Shown here one piece after another: positions 1-11,176 of a stretch of DNA of 64,000 nucleotides. This DNA comes from Scenedesmus sp. PABB004 (taxonomy: Eukaryota): assembly GCA_014905635.1 (NCBI GenBank), contig CM026547.1:868001-932000 (forward strand). The letters are read 5' to 3'. The notes beneath the pieces were generated by a model, which was not told the DNA's origin, searched no databases, and was given only the letters and a program-made list of their open reading frames with translations. Numbering within the stretch: position 1 is the first letter of the stretch; each line of letters begins with the position of its first letter. A program made the translations under genes and the position numbers.

Positions 1-464
1 CCATCCACCTGCACCACTTCCTCGAAGACGACGCGTGCAGCAGCCCGCTGCTCGGCGGCATGCTCGGCGGCAGCATGGACGACCTCGCGGCCGCGGGCGC
101 CAAGGCCGCGGCCGCCGGCGGCGGCGGCGCTGGCGCGCCGGGGGGGCAGCAGCAGCCGCAGCCGCCGCAGCTCAAGCTCGAGCAGCTGGCGCCCGGGGGC
201 GGGCAGCAGCAGCCCAGGCGGCAGCCCGAGCAGCAGCAGCAGCAGCAGCAGCAGCACCAGCAGCACCTGCAGCACCAGCAGCAGCACTCGGCGCAGCAGT
301 GCGGCGCGGCCGCCGCGCACGCGGCGCCGCTCAACGGCACCAACGGCGTGCTCGGGGGCCAGTGTGGCGCGGCGTCGGTGCAGCTGCAGCTGCACGTGCA
401 GCTGGAGGCCAGCGCTGGCGGCGTGCAGATCAAGGGCGAGGCCATGGCCAGCCGCGCGACGTGA
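1..464 (+). CDS. 3' end of a gene entering from the left; Gln/Ala/Gly-rich low-complexity C-terminus
   Basis: Frame open from position 3 (IHLHHFLEDDACSSPLLGGMLGG...QIKGEAMASRAT*), strong GC3 bias, polyQ, TGA at 462-464; TGTAA at 1421-1425 may be its poly(A) signal. Confidence 0.7.
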   Translation, partial: IHLHHFLEDDACSSPLLGGMLGGSMDDLAAAGAKAAAAGGGGAGAPGGQQQPQPPQLKLEQLAPGGGQQQPRRQPEQQQQQQQQHQQHLQHQQQHSAQQCGAAAAHAAPLNGTNGVLGGQCGAASVQLQLHVQLEASAGGVQIKGEAMASRAT

Positions 465-1548
465 CGCCCTCGGCGCGCACGACCGGCGGGCGGGGCCATC
501 CAAGCGGGGCTGCGGGCCGCGCGGGCGAGGGGGATGCTTAACGCTCTGCAGGCCTGCCTGGTGCGTGCCCGTCAGGCGCAAGTGGTGGTGTGGGGTGCAC
601 GAGGCCGCGCCCGGCGGCGGCCTCCGGAGACGCCATGAACCCGCTGGGTTGGGCGGGGCGCTCGTATTACCAGGGCCGTGTGCTGGTTTGGGGGCAAAGC
701 ACGCGCGGTGTGCTGGAGTGGCAGCCGAGCGCTGCGCGGGCCTGGCCCGGCCAGGCCGGGCGCGCGCCGGCGCGCCGCCCGCCCCTCGGGCCACCGCCGG
801 GGCGCCGCTGTTTTGGCACGGCTCGCGGCACGGCCCCCACGCGTGCGTGTGTGCGAGCGCGCGTGGGCCGGCAGAGCTGCCGCCGCCCCTGCTGCTGCGA
901 GCATGACGCGGCGCCCACGCGCCGACACGCCACGCGCGCGCGCCGGGCGCCGGGCGCGGCGGCGGCCGCCCGAGCTGCCGCCGCCGGCGCCCGGGCGCCC
1001 ATGCCGGTGTCCGTCGAGCGTGTGCGGCGCCTCCAACCCAACCTCCTCTCGGTGCCCCGTACCCCTATTACCCCCTGCATGCATGCCGAGGCCACGTGCA
1101 CTCGCCACCCCTCTTGGGGGGCGGCGCAGCACGGGCGCGGACGCTCCCGCGCGCGCGTGTGCTCGGGCGCCGCCGTCGCGTGGTCGGGCGCCGCCGTGTG
1201 GCGGCTGGCTGCCTGCGCGCTCTGATTGCCTGGAGAGGCCTTGCCAGTCCCGCCGCGCCCGAGTTGTTTGTTTTGTGCCACGCTCATGGGTGGGCCAGCT
1301 TGGCCGCGGCGATGCGAGCACTGGAATTGCTGTCGGGCGGTGCTGGCGCGCGGCTGCGCGGCCGGCCATGGCGTATGGACACCACCCAAAACCGCGCGGG
1401 CTTTCTCGTACGACCACTGCTGTAACTCCCCTTTTCTTACCGCCACGATCCAGCAGCTCCGCACCGCACCGCCGCCGACAGCCCGGCACGCGAGCAGCAG
1501 GCCGCGCTGCCGCCGCTGCTGCTGCCGCCTCTGCGGCCGTCGCCGCTC

Positions 1549-3214
1549 ATGGGCGACAGCCTGGAGCTGCTGCAGACGCTGCAGGGCCACACAGACCGCG
1601 TCTGGCACTGCGCGTGGTCGCCCGACGGTGCGGCGGCCGCGGCGGATGGCGGCCCGCCGCTGCGCCCGCCCCCGCGCCCAGCGCGGCTCGATCGCCCCCG
1701 CAGGCAGCGCCCTGGCCTCCTGCAGCGGAGACCGCACCGTCCGCATCTGGAGCCGCAGCGCGCAGCGCGAGCGCGGGTGGCGCTGCGCCGCCGTGCTCGA
1801 GGACACGCACACCAAGTCCATCCGCAGCTGCTGCTGGTCCCCGGGCGGCACGCACCTGGCCACCGCCAGCTTCGACGGCAGCACCTCCATATGGCAGCTG
1901 CAGGGCGGGCTGTGGGAGGAGGTGCGCCGCCGGCGCTGGCTGCGTCGGCGCGGGCGCTGCCGCTGCGCTGGCGCTGGCGCCGCCGCCCCGGCCGGCGACC
2001 CGCGCAGCCCGCGCGCAGCCAGCCGCCCGCGCGCCGCCGCCCGCGCGCCGCAGGTGCTGAAGCTGGAGGGCCACGAGAACGAGGTCAAGGGCGTGGCGTG
2101 GTCGCCGTGCGGCAACTACCTCGCGACGTGCGGGCGCGACAAGAGCGTGTGGTTCTGGGAGCGCGGGCCCGGCCCGGGCACCGAGTTTGACTGCATGGAC
2201 GTCAAGCACGGCCACGCGCAGGCGCGGGCGGCGCCGCTGCCGCGGCCGCGGCCGCGCCGCGCGGCACGGCGTGGCGAGGACGCGAGCTGGGCTCCGCGCG
2301 CCGCGCCGCGCAGGACGTCAAGGCCGTCGCGTGGCACCCGTCGCGGGAGCTGCTCGCGAGCTGCAGCTACGACGACAGCGTCAAGCTCTGGACGCACAGC
2401 GACGGCGACTGGGACTGCGCGCAGACGCTCGCGGGTGCGCGCGGCGCGCGGCGCGCACTGCGCACGCGGCGGCGCCGCGGCCGCCCGCGGGCGCGGCCAC
2501 TGGCGCAGACGCCCCCATCTGGGACTCGGCCGCGGCCGCGGCCGCCGCAGGCGGCGCCGAGGGCCACACCTCTACCGTGTGGGGCGTGGCGTTCAGCCCC
2601 GACGGCGGGCTCCTGGCGAGCGTGAGCGACGACCGCACCCTGCGCGTGTGGCGGCTTGAGTGGAGCGGGGGCGTGCCCTCGGAACCGCGCGCCGCGCTGG
2701 TGGCCTGCGTGAACGGCGCGCACACGCGCGCCGTTTACAGCGTGGACTGGTCGCCAGGGCCGGGCGCCAGCCTGCTTGCCACAGGTGCGCCGGCGCACGG
2801 CCGCGACCCCGTGAGGGGCCGCCGCTCGCTGCGGCACCGCTGCACCGCGCTGCCGCCCGCCCCCGCCCCGCAGGCGACGGCTCCAACGCAATCAAGCTGT
2901 TCTGCCTCGCCGGCGAGCTGGCGCAGGACGGCGCCAGCAGCGCGGTGCAGCCGCCGTTGCCGCCGGCAGCGGGCGCAGCAACGGGCGGGTCGGACGCGCA
3001 AGGTGCAGCCAGCGAGGGGAGCGGGCCCGCGCTGCTGCTGTGCCGGTGCAGCATGGAGCAGGCGCACGCCGCCGACGTCAACTGCGTGCGGTGGCACCCC
3101 AGCCAGCGCGGCCTGCTGGCGTCGGCGGGGGACGACGGCGTGGTGAAGCTCTGGCTGCACCGGCCAGCGGGCGGCGCGGCGGGCGAGGGGGCTGCAGGCG
3201 CGGGGGAGCGGTGA
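1549..3214 (+). CDS. CIA1: Cytosolic Fe-S cluster assembly WD40 protein CIA1/CIAO1 (6 exons)
   Basis: Spliced product has LQGHTDRVWHCAWSP, LASCSGDRTVRIW, LATASFDGSTSIW, LEGHENEVKGVAWS, LATCGRDKSVWFWE, HAQDVKAVAWHP, AHAADVNCVRWHP; 5 introns, with a GC donor at 2222. Confidence 0.93.
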
Positions 3215-3217
3215 GGT

Positions 3218-3222
3218 TGTAA
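3218..3222 (+). terminator. Chlorophyte UGUAA polyadenylation signal (example; others at 1421+, 28633+, 28782-, 41337-, 62769-, 62825+)
   Basis: TGTAA lies downstream of stop codons on the matching strand; UGUAA is the established chlorophyte poly(A) element. Confidence 0.65.
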
Positions 3223-4585
3223 GTGTGTTGCTTGCGCCCGCCTCCGCGTGCACGCTCCAGCACCTCCACAAACGGCCCGCGTGCGCGCTGCGCGGCGCGG
3301 TGCGCGGCGAGCTGACCGAGCACCGATTGGCATTGGCGGCGGCGCGTTGCCGTCAGAGGGCATTCGCCCTCAACAAACAGCAAATCATATCAAGCCCTTA
3401 TGATTCAAACGCCCTGCAGACTGCAGCTCGCGGGCCCCCAGGCCCGCTCGTGCGCCCTCTGGCTTGACTAGCAATGCCAACAACCATTCCCGAGGGCAGG
3501 GCAAGGCGCTGCAGAGGCGCGCGCCCGCAGGCCTGGGCGCACGCCCGGTCGAGAGCGGCTCCCCTCCCGAGCAGTTCACTGCTCGCTTCACTGCTGAGCT
3601 CGTACGACGGGGATCCACATCCAGCCGCAGCACACAGTCCATCAAGCGCCGCGGGCCGGTTGAGCAGCAGAGCATGCACACGGCGACGCGCCTCCCTGCA
3701 GGCTCCCCAATGCAGCACGCGGTCCGCCCCGAGCAGCCCCGCACCCCAACTTGTGCCTCAGTTGCTGTGAGCAGCCCAGACGCCAGCAGCACCAGCACAC
3801 CAGTGGCAGGCAGGCAGGCACAGTGCGTGTGCGTGCGAGTTAGTGTTGGGGCAGGCGTGCCCCAGGCGTGTCCCAGCCCCAGTATGAGTTGCCCCCCCTC
3901 TCCATTGGTCCCATACCCAATTTGGTCAAAGTCGCCCGCCAGGTCGTGCGTGACACCTGGCCCAGCCGCGCGCGCCCAGGCCCCGGAGTTGCGCGGCGTT
4001 CAGGCCGCGCTGGGTGGCAGTGCGCTACGCGTGGATGTTCCACGTTCCGAGCCGGTGCGTGTGTCCAGAGCCCACCCTTTCAACCTCACACACCTTCACA
4101 CACGCGTGGTGATGCAATGCAAGCCAAACCTCAACATCCGTAGTTGTCCGTCGCGCGCCACGCGTGCCACCGTGAGTCTGGGCTTCCCCCCTCGCACCCA
4201 GCCGCCCAGGCGAGGGTGTTTGTTTCCCACTGGCCCCCGGCGCCGCCCTCCCTTGGACAAGGGTGCTACGCGCAGCGTCGCGCAAGGCTTGGCGCGCCCG
4301 GCTGCGCGGCGCCATGCAGACACAGCGCAGATGCCATGCAAGCGGGGGCCAGCCGGACCAAGTGGCCGGCCCGCAGGTTCCCGTCCATAAATGCTTTTCA
4401 GGCTTGCAGGCAAACAGGTTGGCAGGCACGTGAGTTGGACGGTCCCTCCCTTCCGTCCCTCCCTCCCTTTCTCCAGTTGCACGGCGCGTGCGCCAATCGG
4501 GCAGAGCCAGCGCAGGCGCGCGGCCGCCTGCCGTGCCGGTGGCCAATCGTGCGGCGCCGGGCCGCGCCGCCGCCCGCGGCGCGCG

Positions 4586-6355
4586 TCAGTTGAGGCGCCG
4601 CGCCGGCGGCGAGGGCGGGTCGCACGCGTCGCCGTGGTCGTCGCCGTGCTCCTCGGCCGCCAGCGCGGCGAGCACGTACTCGTCGAGGCGCTCCGCGGCG
4701 CCCGACTCGTGCGTGAAGCCGCTGAACGCCACCGACAGGCGCGCCTCGGCGACCGCGGTCATCCCGGGCAGGTCGGGGCCGCCAAAGCCGTGGTCGGCGA
4801 CGAGCAGCTGCGCGAGGCGGGGCATGCCGCGCCCGCGCAGCGCCTCGAGCACGCCGCGCACGGTCACGTTGCAGGCGCCGAGGCCGAGCACGCGCAGCGC
4901 GGCGAGGTTGTTTGCGATGCAGAAGAGCCCCTCGTCGCCCACGTCCTCGCACGTGAGCAGCAGCAGGCGCAGCCGCGTCGCGCCGTAGACCTGGGTGAGC
5001 GCGAGCAGCCGCGCCTCCGGCCAGCAGAGCTGCAGCGACGTGAGGCGGCACAGCGCCGTCTCCAGCACGCGCCCGAGGCTCGCCAGCGGCCCCGCGGGCG
5101 CGCGCGCGGCGAGCGTGAGCCTGCGCAGGCCGCGCAGCGGCGCCAGCAGCGCCGGCGCCTCCACGCCGGGCGCGAGGTCGGCGACGCACATGCGCAGCGT
5201 GCTGAGCCGCGTCGCGCCCAGCAGCCCTGCCGCGAGGCGGGCGCTGAGCGGCGCCTCCTCCTGCCACTCGAGCGCGAGCTCGCGCAGCGCGGCGAGCTGC
5301 GCCCACGCGCCCGCCTGCGCCTCGGCCGCCTCGGCGTCGCCCCAGCCGTAGCCGAGGCGCAGGTGCGTCAGGCTCGGCAGCTGCCCCAGCGCCGCCAGCT
5401 CGCGCGCGCTGCACCCGGGCGAGCTCAGCTCCAGGCTGCTCAGCGCGGCGAGGTGGCCGAGCGCCGCGCCGGGCGGCAGGCAGCTGAGCCGCGCGGCGGC
5501 CAGCTGCACGGGCAGCTCCGCGTACGCCGGCGCGGGGAGGCGCACGTCGAGCTCCAGCCGCGACAGCTGCGCCGCGCCCGCCAGCGCCGCGGCAAAGTTG
5601 GGCGCGAGCTCGAGCTCGTCGTTCGCCGTGCTGAGTGCGAGCTCTCGCAGCTGCGCCAGGCGCGACAGCTGCGCGCACACCGACGGCGCCGCGTACACGT
5701 CGCACGCGCTGACCGCGAGCCGCGTGAGGTGCGCGGCGTCGAGGCTGCGCAGCGCCAGGTCGGGGCGGCGCAGGGAGAGCGCGGCGCGCAGCGGCGCCAG
5801 CCCCGGCGCCGCCGCCGCGAGCAGCATCGCCTCCTCGTCCGCGCCGTTGTGCAGCGCGTCGCTCGACGCCAGGTCCAGCCCCGCCACGAGCGGGCCGTGC
5901 CGGAACACCCAGTACGCGGTGTGCACCACGCGCTGCAGGCACAGCGCGCCGGGCGACGGCGGCTCGCCCGCCGGCGCGTCGTCGTCCGCGTCCGCGACGT
6001 CTCCGTCCGCCGCCGCATGCGCCGCTGCGGCCGCCGCGGCCGCCGCAGGCGCCGCGTCCGCGCCGGCGGCATCTGGCTCCGCGGCGCCGCCGCCGTCTGG
6101 TGCCGCCGCGCCGTCCGCGCCGCCCGCCGCGGCGGCGGGCCGCAGGCTGCCGTGGAGAGCGACGTCCACCGTGCGGGCGCAGTCGCGCCCCACCAGCGCG
6201 TTGGCGCCCCGGCTCACGCACAGGGCGGCGCAGGTTGTGGGGGCATCGGCTGCAGCCCTCGCCACCAGCGCCAGCGCCTCCTCACGCGCCGTCTGAGCCG
6301 GCCGGGCGATCCAGCGCCGGCCAGAGGTCTGGCCGGGCCCGGTCGGGGGCGGCAT
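4586..6355 (-). CDS. Intronless leucine-rich repeat protein (RNI-like / F-box-LRR-like), 589 aa
   Basis: ATG-initiated ORF with repeated LxxLxxLxL motifs (LAQLRELALS, LPSLTHLRLG, LAALRVLGLGACNVT, CEDVGDEGLFCIA); GC3-biased codons. Confidence 0.8.
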   Translation of the reverse strand: MPPPTGPGQTSGRRWIARPAQTAREEALALVARAAADAPTTCAALCVSRGANALVGRDCARTVDVALHGSLRPAAAAGGADGAAAPDGGGAAEPDAAGADAAPAAAAAAAAAHAAADGDVADADDDAPAGEPPSPGALCLQRVVHTAYWVFRHGPLVAGLDLASSDALHNGADEEAMLLAAAAPGLAPLRAALSLRRPDLALRSLDAAHLTRLAVSACDVYAAPSVCAQLSRLAQLRELALSTANDELELAPNFAAALAGAAQLSRLELDVRLPAPAYAELPVQLAAARLSCLPPGAALGHLAALSSLELSSPGCSARELAALGQLPSLTHLRLGYGWGDAEAAEAQAGAWAQLAALRELALEWQEEAPLSARLAAGLLGATRLSTLRMCVADLAPGVEAPALLAPLRGLRRLTLAARAPAGPLASLGRVLETALCRLTSLQLCWPEARLLALTQVYGATRLRLLLLTCEDVGDEGLFCIANNLAALRVLGLGACNVTVRGVLEALRGRGMPRLAQLLVADHGFGGPDLPGMTAVAEARLSVAFSGFTHESGAAERLDEYVLAALAAEEHGDDHGDACDPPSPPARRLN

Positions 6356-7177
6356 GGCCCGCGATCAAGCGCGGAACTGCGGGGCAGCTGCACTGGGCAT
6401 CACGTTTCCCCGGGGAGCAAGCCCGGCGTGCGCCGCCGATGCGCCGGCGGGATGCCCGAGCGCGTCGCGGGCAACGGGAACGGCTGCCCTCAACAGGCCG
6501 CCGCTGCCTGCGCGAGATGCTGGGCGGAGAGGCACGTGCAGCCCCCCTTTTTCGAGGCGCCGGCTGCGGGTGGAAGGGCCGAGCTGTGCGGCCGCCGGGC
6601 GGCGGGCTCGGCGGCGGGCCGGGCGCCGGACGGCGGCGGTCCGGCAGGGCGCAGGCATCAATCGCCACGCGGTGAGGGGGCCGCCCCCCTGGAGCCGCCC
6701 GAGGCCTGCTCGTGCGGAAACGTGATGGTGACGAGGCGATGCGTGGATGGGGCGGAGGTCGTAGCTTTTGAGCCCATGTCACCTCGGCCGTGCGCTGCTG
6801 CGCGGCGGCCGCGATCGATCGCTGCGGCCGCGCCGGCCGCGCGGGGCGCTGGCGGTGGTGCCGGGTGGCTCAGGCACGGCTCCCTGCTCCTCGTCGCGCG
6901 CTCCCAGGTCCCTATCACCGCCCCTGCTCCCTCGGACTGCGCGATCCAGTTCGTGAGGAGGCACCCACCGCATTCATCAGGCGGCACACCTGCACACAAA
7001 CAACAGCAACAGCAACAGCAACACCAGCCCCACCGCCCGCGCCGCCGCCGGCTCCCCCCGGCCGGCGGCCGCCCCGCGGCGGCGTCCACATCGCCCGCCG
7101 CTCGCATCCCCGGCCCGCCGCCGCGCCGCGCCCGCGCCTCGCGCGCGCCGCCGCGGCGAGCGCCCCCGCCGGCGCGC

Positions 7178-10100
7178 TCAGCACTTGCCGCGCGCGGTGA
7201 AGCTCTTGAGCCGGTCCATCGACGGCCAGTGCCGCGACTTGTGCGCGTGCGCCTCGCGCTTGGCCTGCACCGCCTCGAGCTGGTCCTTCGTGTAGATGTA
7301 GTGGCACTGCGCGCGCGTGGGCGTGCGTGAGCGTGCGCGAGCGTGTGCTTGTGCGTGCGTGAGCGCGCGCGCGCGCGTGTGTGGGGGGGGGGGGGGAGGG
7401 CGAACGCGCTGGGCGTCCAAACGCGCTGGGCGCGCAAACGCGCGCGGCGGCGCCTCACGTCGAGCCAGGCGAGGGCGTCCTTGATGTCCTCCAGCAGCTC
7501 GGCGCACATCGTGGGCCCAAAGTCCCACCGGCACACCACGCGCAGCACCTGCCGCGGCCGCCCGACGTAAGGGCGCCGCCGCGCTGCGCCGCGCCGCGCC
7601 GCGCGCGCCCGCGCGCCCGCGCGCCCCGCCGCCCCGCGCGCCCGGCGCGCGCCGCGCCGCGCCTTGCGCGTCTGGTTGCTCGGCGCGAGCGTGTACGCGG
7701 GCACGACCCAGCCGCTCGTGCGGAGGCGGTCGGCGAGGTTGAATTCGTCAAACGCGCGGCCGGGCACATCCTTGAGGTGGAACGCGACGAGCGGGAGGCA
7801 CTTGTCGGCCTCGCTGATGAGCTCAAACGCGCCGAGCGCGGTCAGGCCCGCGCGCAGCTGCGCCTTGGTGTGCAGCATGTGCTTGTTGATCTCCCTGTAC
7901 CCGTCGCGGCCCATGCGGATGAACTGGTACAGCTGTGGGTGAAGGAGGGGGGGGCGGGGGGCGGGAGCGGGGCGGGGGCGGCGTGCGGCGGGGGCGCAGG
8001 GGCGCGGCGGCGCAGGCGGCGCGGGGCGGGGGCGGCGGCGCTGAGCGAGGTCGGGCGCGGCGGCGGCGGGCAGGCGGGCGGGGTCCGCGCGCTGCGCGCC
8101 GCGCCGCCGGCCGGCCGGCCGCGCCACACAGCTCGCGCGCGGCGCGGCGCGGCGCGTTGCGGTGCGGCGTGCGTGGGCCGCACCTGGCCAACCACGTTCA
8201 TGGCTCCCTTGCTGAAGTTGAGCGTGATTGTGATCTGGTCCTTGCCCAGGTAGTTGTCGTGGAAGACCTGGGGTTGTAGGGGGTGGTGTTTAGGGTTCAA
8301 GGGTTGCAGGGTTGCAGGGTTCAAGGGTTGCAGGGTTGCAGGGTTCAAGGGTTCCAAGGGTTTAACGGTTCAAGGGCGGGGAGGAGGCGCGTGCTGGGCG
8401 CGGCGGCGTGCTGGGCGCGCGCGCGCGCACCAGGCTCTCGGGCAGGTACTCGCGGCTGCGCCACATCACCCACCCCTGCGCGCGCGCGGGCGGCGCGCAC
8501 GCGCGCGCGCGTCGCTGCCAACGCGCTCACCGCCCCGGCGCCGCGCCGCGCGCGCGAGGCCGCGCGCGGTTGGCGGTGCAGCGCTGCCGCGCGTGCGGCG
8601 CGCCGCACCAGGCCGGGGTAGACGAGGCCATACTTGTGCCCGCTCGCGTTGATCGACACCACGTGCGGCAGCCGGAAGTCCCTGGCGCGGCGCGCGCGCG
8701 GCGGCGGCGGCGCAGCCCAGTGGGCAGCCGCGCGCGGCGCCGGCGCCGGCGCGCGGGGAGCAGTGGCTCGCGCTGCCCGCGCGGCGCAGCGATTGGCGCC
8801 ACCGCGCCCGCACCCCCCCCCCCCCCTCCCTCCCCTCCCCGCGGGGCGCACCACTTGAGGTCGGGATAAATGAATGGCGCCACGAAGCCGCCGCTCGCGC
8901 CGTCGACGTGGATGACGAGCTGCCAGCCCGTCTCGGCGTTGCGCGCCGCCACGCGGGCGTCGAGGTCCTCCACGTCGTAGAAAGCGCCGGTGTAGGTCGT
9001 GCTGGGGTTTAGGGGGCGCGGGCGGAAGGGGGAGGGAGGGTGGGCAGCGGGCAGGGGCGGCGGCGGGGGAAGGCGGGGCGGGCGGGTTGGGAGGGGTGGG
9101 CGGGCGGGGCGGGCGAGGCGAGGTGGGGTGGGCGGGGGCGCGGGCGGCGCGTGCGGGGGGCGCGGGAGCGGGGCCGCGCCGGCGGCGGCGCCCCGCCGCA
9201 CCCCAGGATGGCGACCACGCCTGCGCGGCGGGCGGCGGGCGGCGGGCGGGCGGGCGGGCGGCGGCGCGTCCGCGCGCGGCGCGGGGGCGGGCGCGGCGCG
9301 GCGCGGCGCCGGCGCGGCGCGGCGCGGCGCCGGCGCGGCGCGGCGGGCCGGCACACAGCACTCAGCACAAGGCGCGCATGCGGTGCGGTGGCCGCACCGA
9401 TGGTGTTCTCGTCGCACGCGGCCACCAGGTCCTCGTTGGCCGCGACGTACTTCCCCGGCCGGTTGTCCACCCAGCGCGGCTCGATCTGCGAGGCGGCGGC
9501 GGGCGCGGCGGACGCGGCGGCGGCTGTGTGCGCGTGCTGCGGCCTGTGGAGTTTGTGGGCAGTGTTGAGCGTGCTCAAGCTAAGCCCTGCGCCGCCGCAC
9601 AGAGAAGTAGTTGGTCAGCTTCTCCCAGACCACGTGCGTCTCGCGGCCCATGACGATGTTGGGCCGGCTCACGTCCAGCCCCGCGGCCTTGCGTCGCTCC
9701 GACCAGCGGCGCAGCATCGCGAGGCCGCCGAGCAGCACCGCCTCGCTCGACCCGACCGTGTCGGTGCCGGTCGGCTTGCTCGCCGCGAGGTCTGCGCCGC
9801 GGGCGCGGGCGCGGCGCGCTCGGCGGCCGCTGGCCGCCGGCCGCGCGGGCCCGCGGGCGCCGGGGCGCCCCGCCCGCGCGCGGGCGGGCCGCCGGCGGTG
9901 CCGGTGCCGTTGCTGGTGCCGGAGCCTCACCGGCGTGCCAGAGGTCTGCGAGCATGCTGACGCACATCTCCTTGATCTTCTCCGTGCTCGGGTACTCCTC
10001 AGTGTCAATGTACTGCAGGCGCGGTGTGGAGCGGCGGCGCGGTGTAGTTTAGAGCGGCAGCGGCGTGGTGTCGGGTGCCGGGGGGCGGCCGACGTCGCGC

Positions 10101-10708
10101 CCGCTGCAGGCGGCGACGGCGGGGCGCGGGCGCGGGCGTGCCGCGGCGGCGGCGGGCGTGCTGCGTCGGCTGCGGCGGCGGGCGCGGCGCACGTTGACGG
10201 CGATGGCGTCCTCCATGAGCTCGCGGCACTCGGGCTCCATGAACGTCGTCACAAACGACGCGAGGTTGAGGCTGCGCAGCGGGCGGGGCCGCGCGCAGCA
10301 CGCGCGGCGCGGGCGGTGTGTGGGGGCGGCGTGCGCGGGTGGCGTGCGCGGTCACGCACCCGCGTGCACGTGCTGGAAGCGCGTTTGGGGGGCCGGGGGC
10401 GGGGGCCCCGCGGCCGGGCGCGCAGTGTCATGCGCACGAGCAGCGCCGCTGCCCGCTGCCCGGCGCCGCACCGCGGCGTCGCGTCGAGGTTGCGCAGGCC
10501 CTGAATCTGGCTCTGGGCCATGCGGGGTGCGACCGCGGAGGTGGGAAACTTGGAGGCATCGATCGGCTCCCACATGAATCTGCAGACAGGCGCGGCGCGG
10601 GGTCGTCGCTGCCAGCAGCGGGGCGCCGCCGCGGGATCGCGCGTCCCCTCACCGCGGGATGAAGCTCGCGTCGTCCAGGGGGTCCACCGCGCCCTGGCGA
10701 CCCGCCAT
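7178..10708 (-). CDS. GAD: Glutamate decarboxylase, PLP-dependent (14 exons)
   Basis: LNLASFVTTFMEPEC, YIDTEEYP, TVGSSEAVLLGGLA, IHVDGASGGFVAPF, DFRLPHVVSINASGHKYGLVYPG (PLP lysine), YLGKDQITITLNFSK, GWVVPAY; ends ...TARGKC*. Confidence 0.95.
8289..8376 (+). repeat. Degenerate telomere-like tandem array (TTTAGGG/TTCAAGGG/TTGCAGGG) in a GAD intron
   Basis: tttaggg ttcaaggg ttgcaggg ttgcaggg ttcaaggg ttgcaggg ttgcaggg ttcaaggg ttccaaggg tttaacgg ttcaaggg. Confidence 0.85.
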
Positions 10709-11176
10709 GGTGGCCTGGAGCTCAAGAATCAATGGGTAACCACGCGTGACGGGAGCGAGCCCTCTCGTGGCGTGTGCGGTCGCGGATCGGCTGCAAGCTG
10801 CCGCGGAGCAGGCAGGGCGCATGCGGCGCAAGCAGGGGGAAGCAGCGGCGGCGGCGATCGGTGCCGCAAGACCCTGGCGCGCTCGGTCGTCTGCTCGTGC
10901 CGTGACCACCGCCACGCCGCCACGCCCGAGGTGGGCGCGGCGATCGCGGCTGGGCCGGAGGCGCCCACGCAGCGCGCTGGGCTGGCGGCGCTGCGGCCCG
11001 GCGCGGCGGCGGCGGCGCGGACGGGGCGCGCGGGGCGGGGCGCTTCAGCGGCGCGACCGGGCGGCGGTGCGTCCTCCCCGCCGTCGCTGCGCCGTGCTGG
11101 GGCACCGCTGTGGCAGTGGCCGTGCAGTGCGACCTCCAGCGCGCCCCCCAGCCCGCCCCACGAGCCAGCGCGCAGG

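Noticed and set aside
590..1225. ORF containing MNPLGWAGRSYYQGRVLVWG
   Set aside because: Weak codon bias, no recognisable motif, lies in the probable 3' UTR ahead of TGTAA at 1421
4391..7330. Very long Arg/Ala/Gly-rich ORFs (979 aa here; also 30301-33408, 51792-54686, 18295-20853)
   Set aside because: Stop-codon scarcity at this GC content; they are antisense or off-frame shadows of real genes
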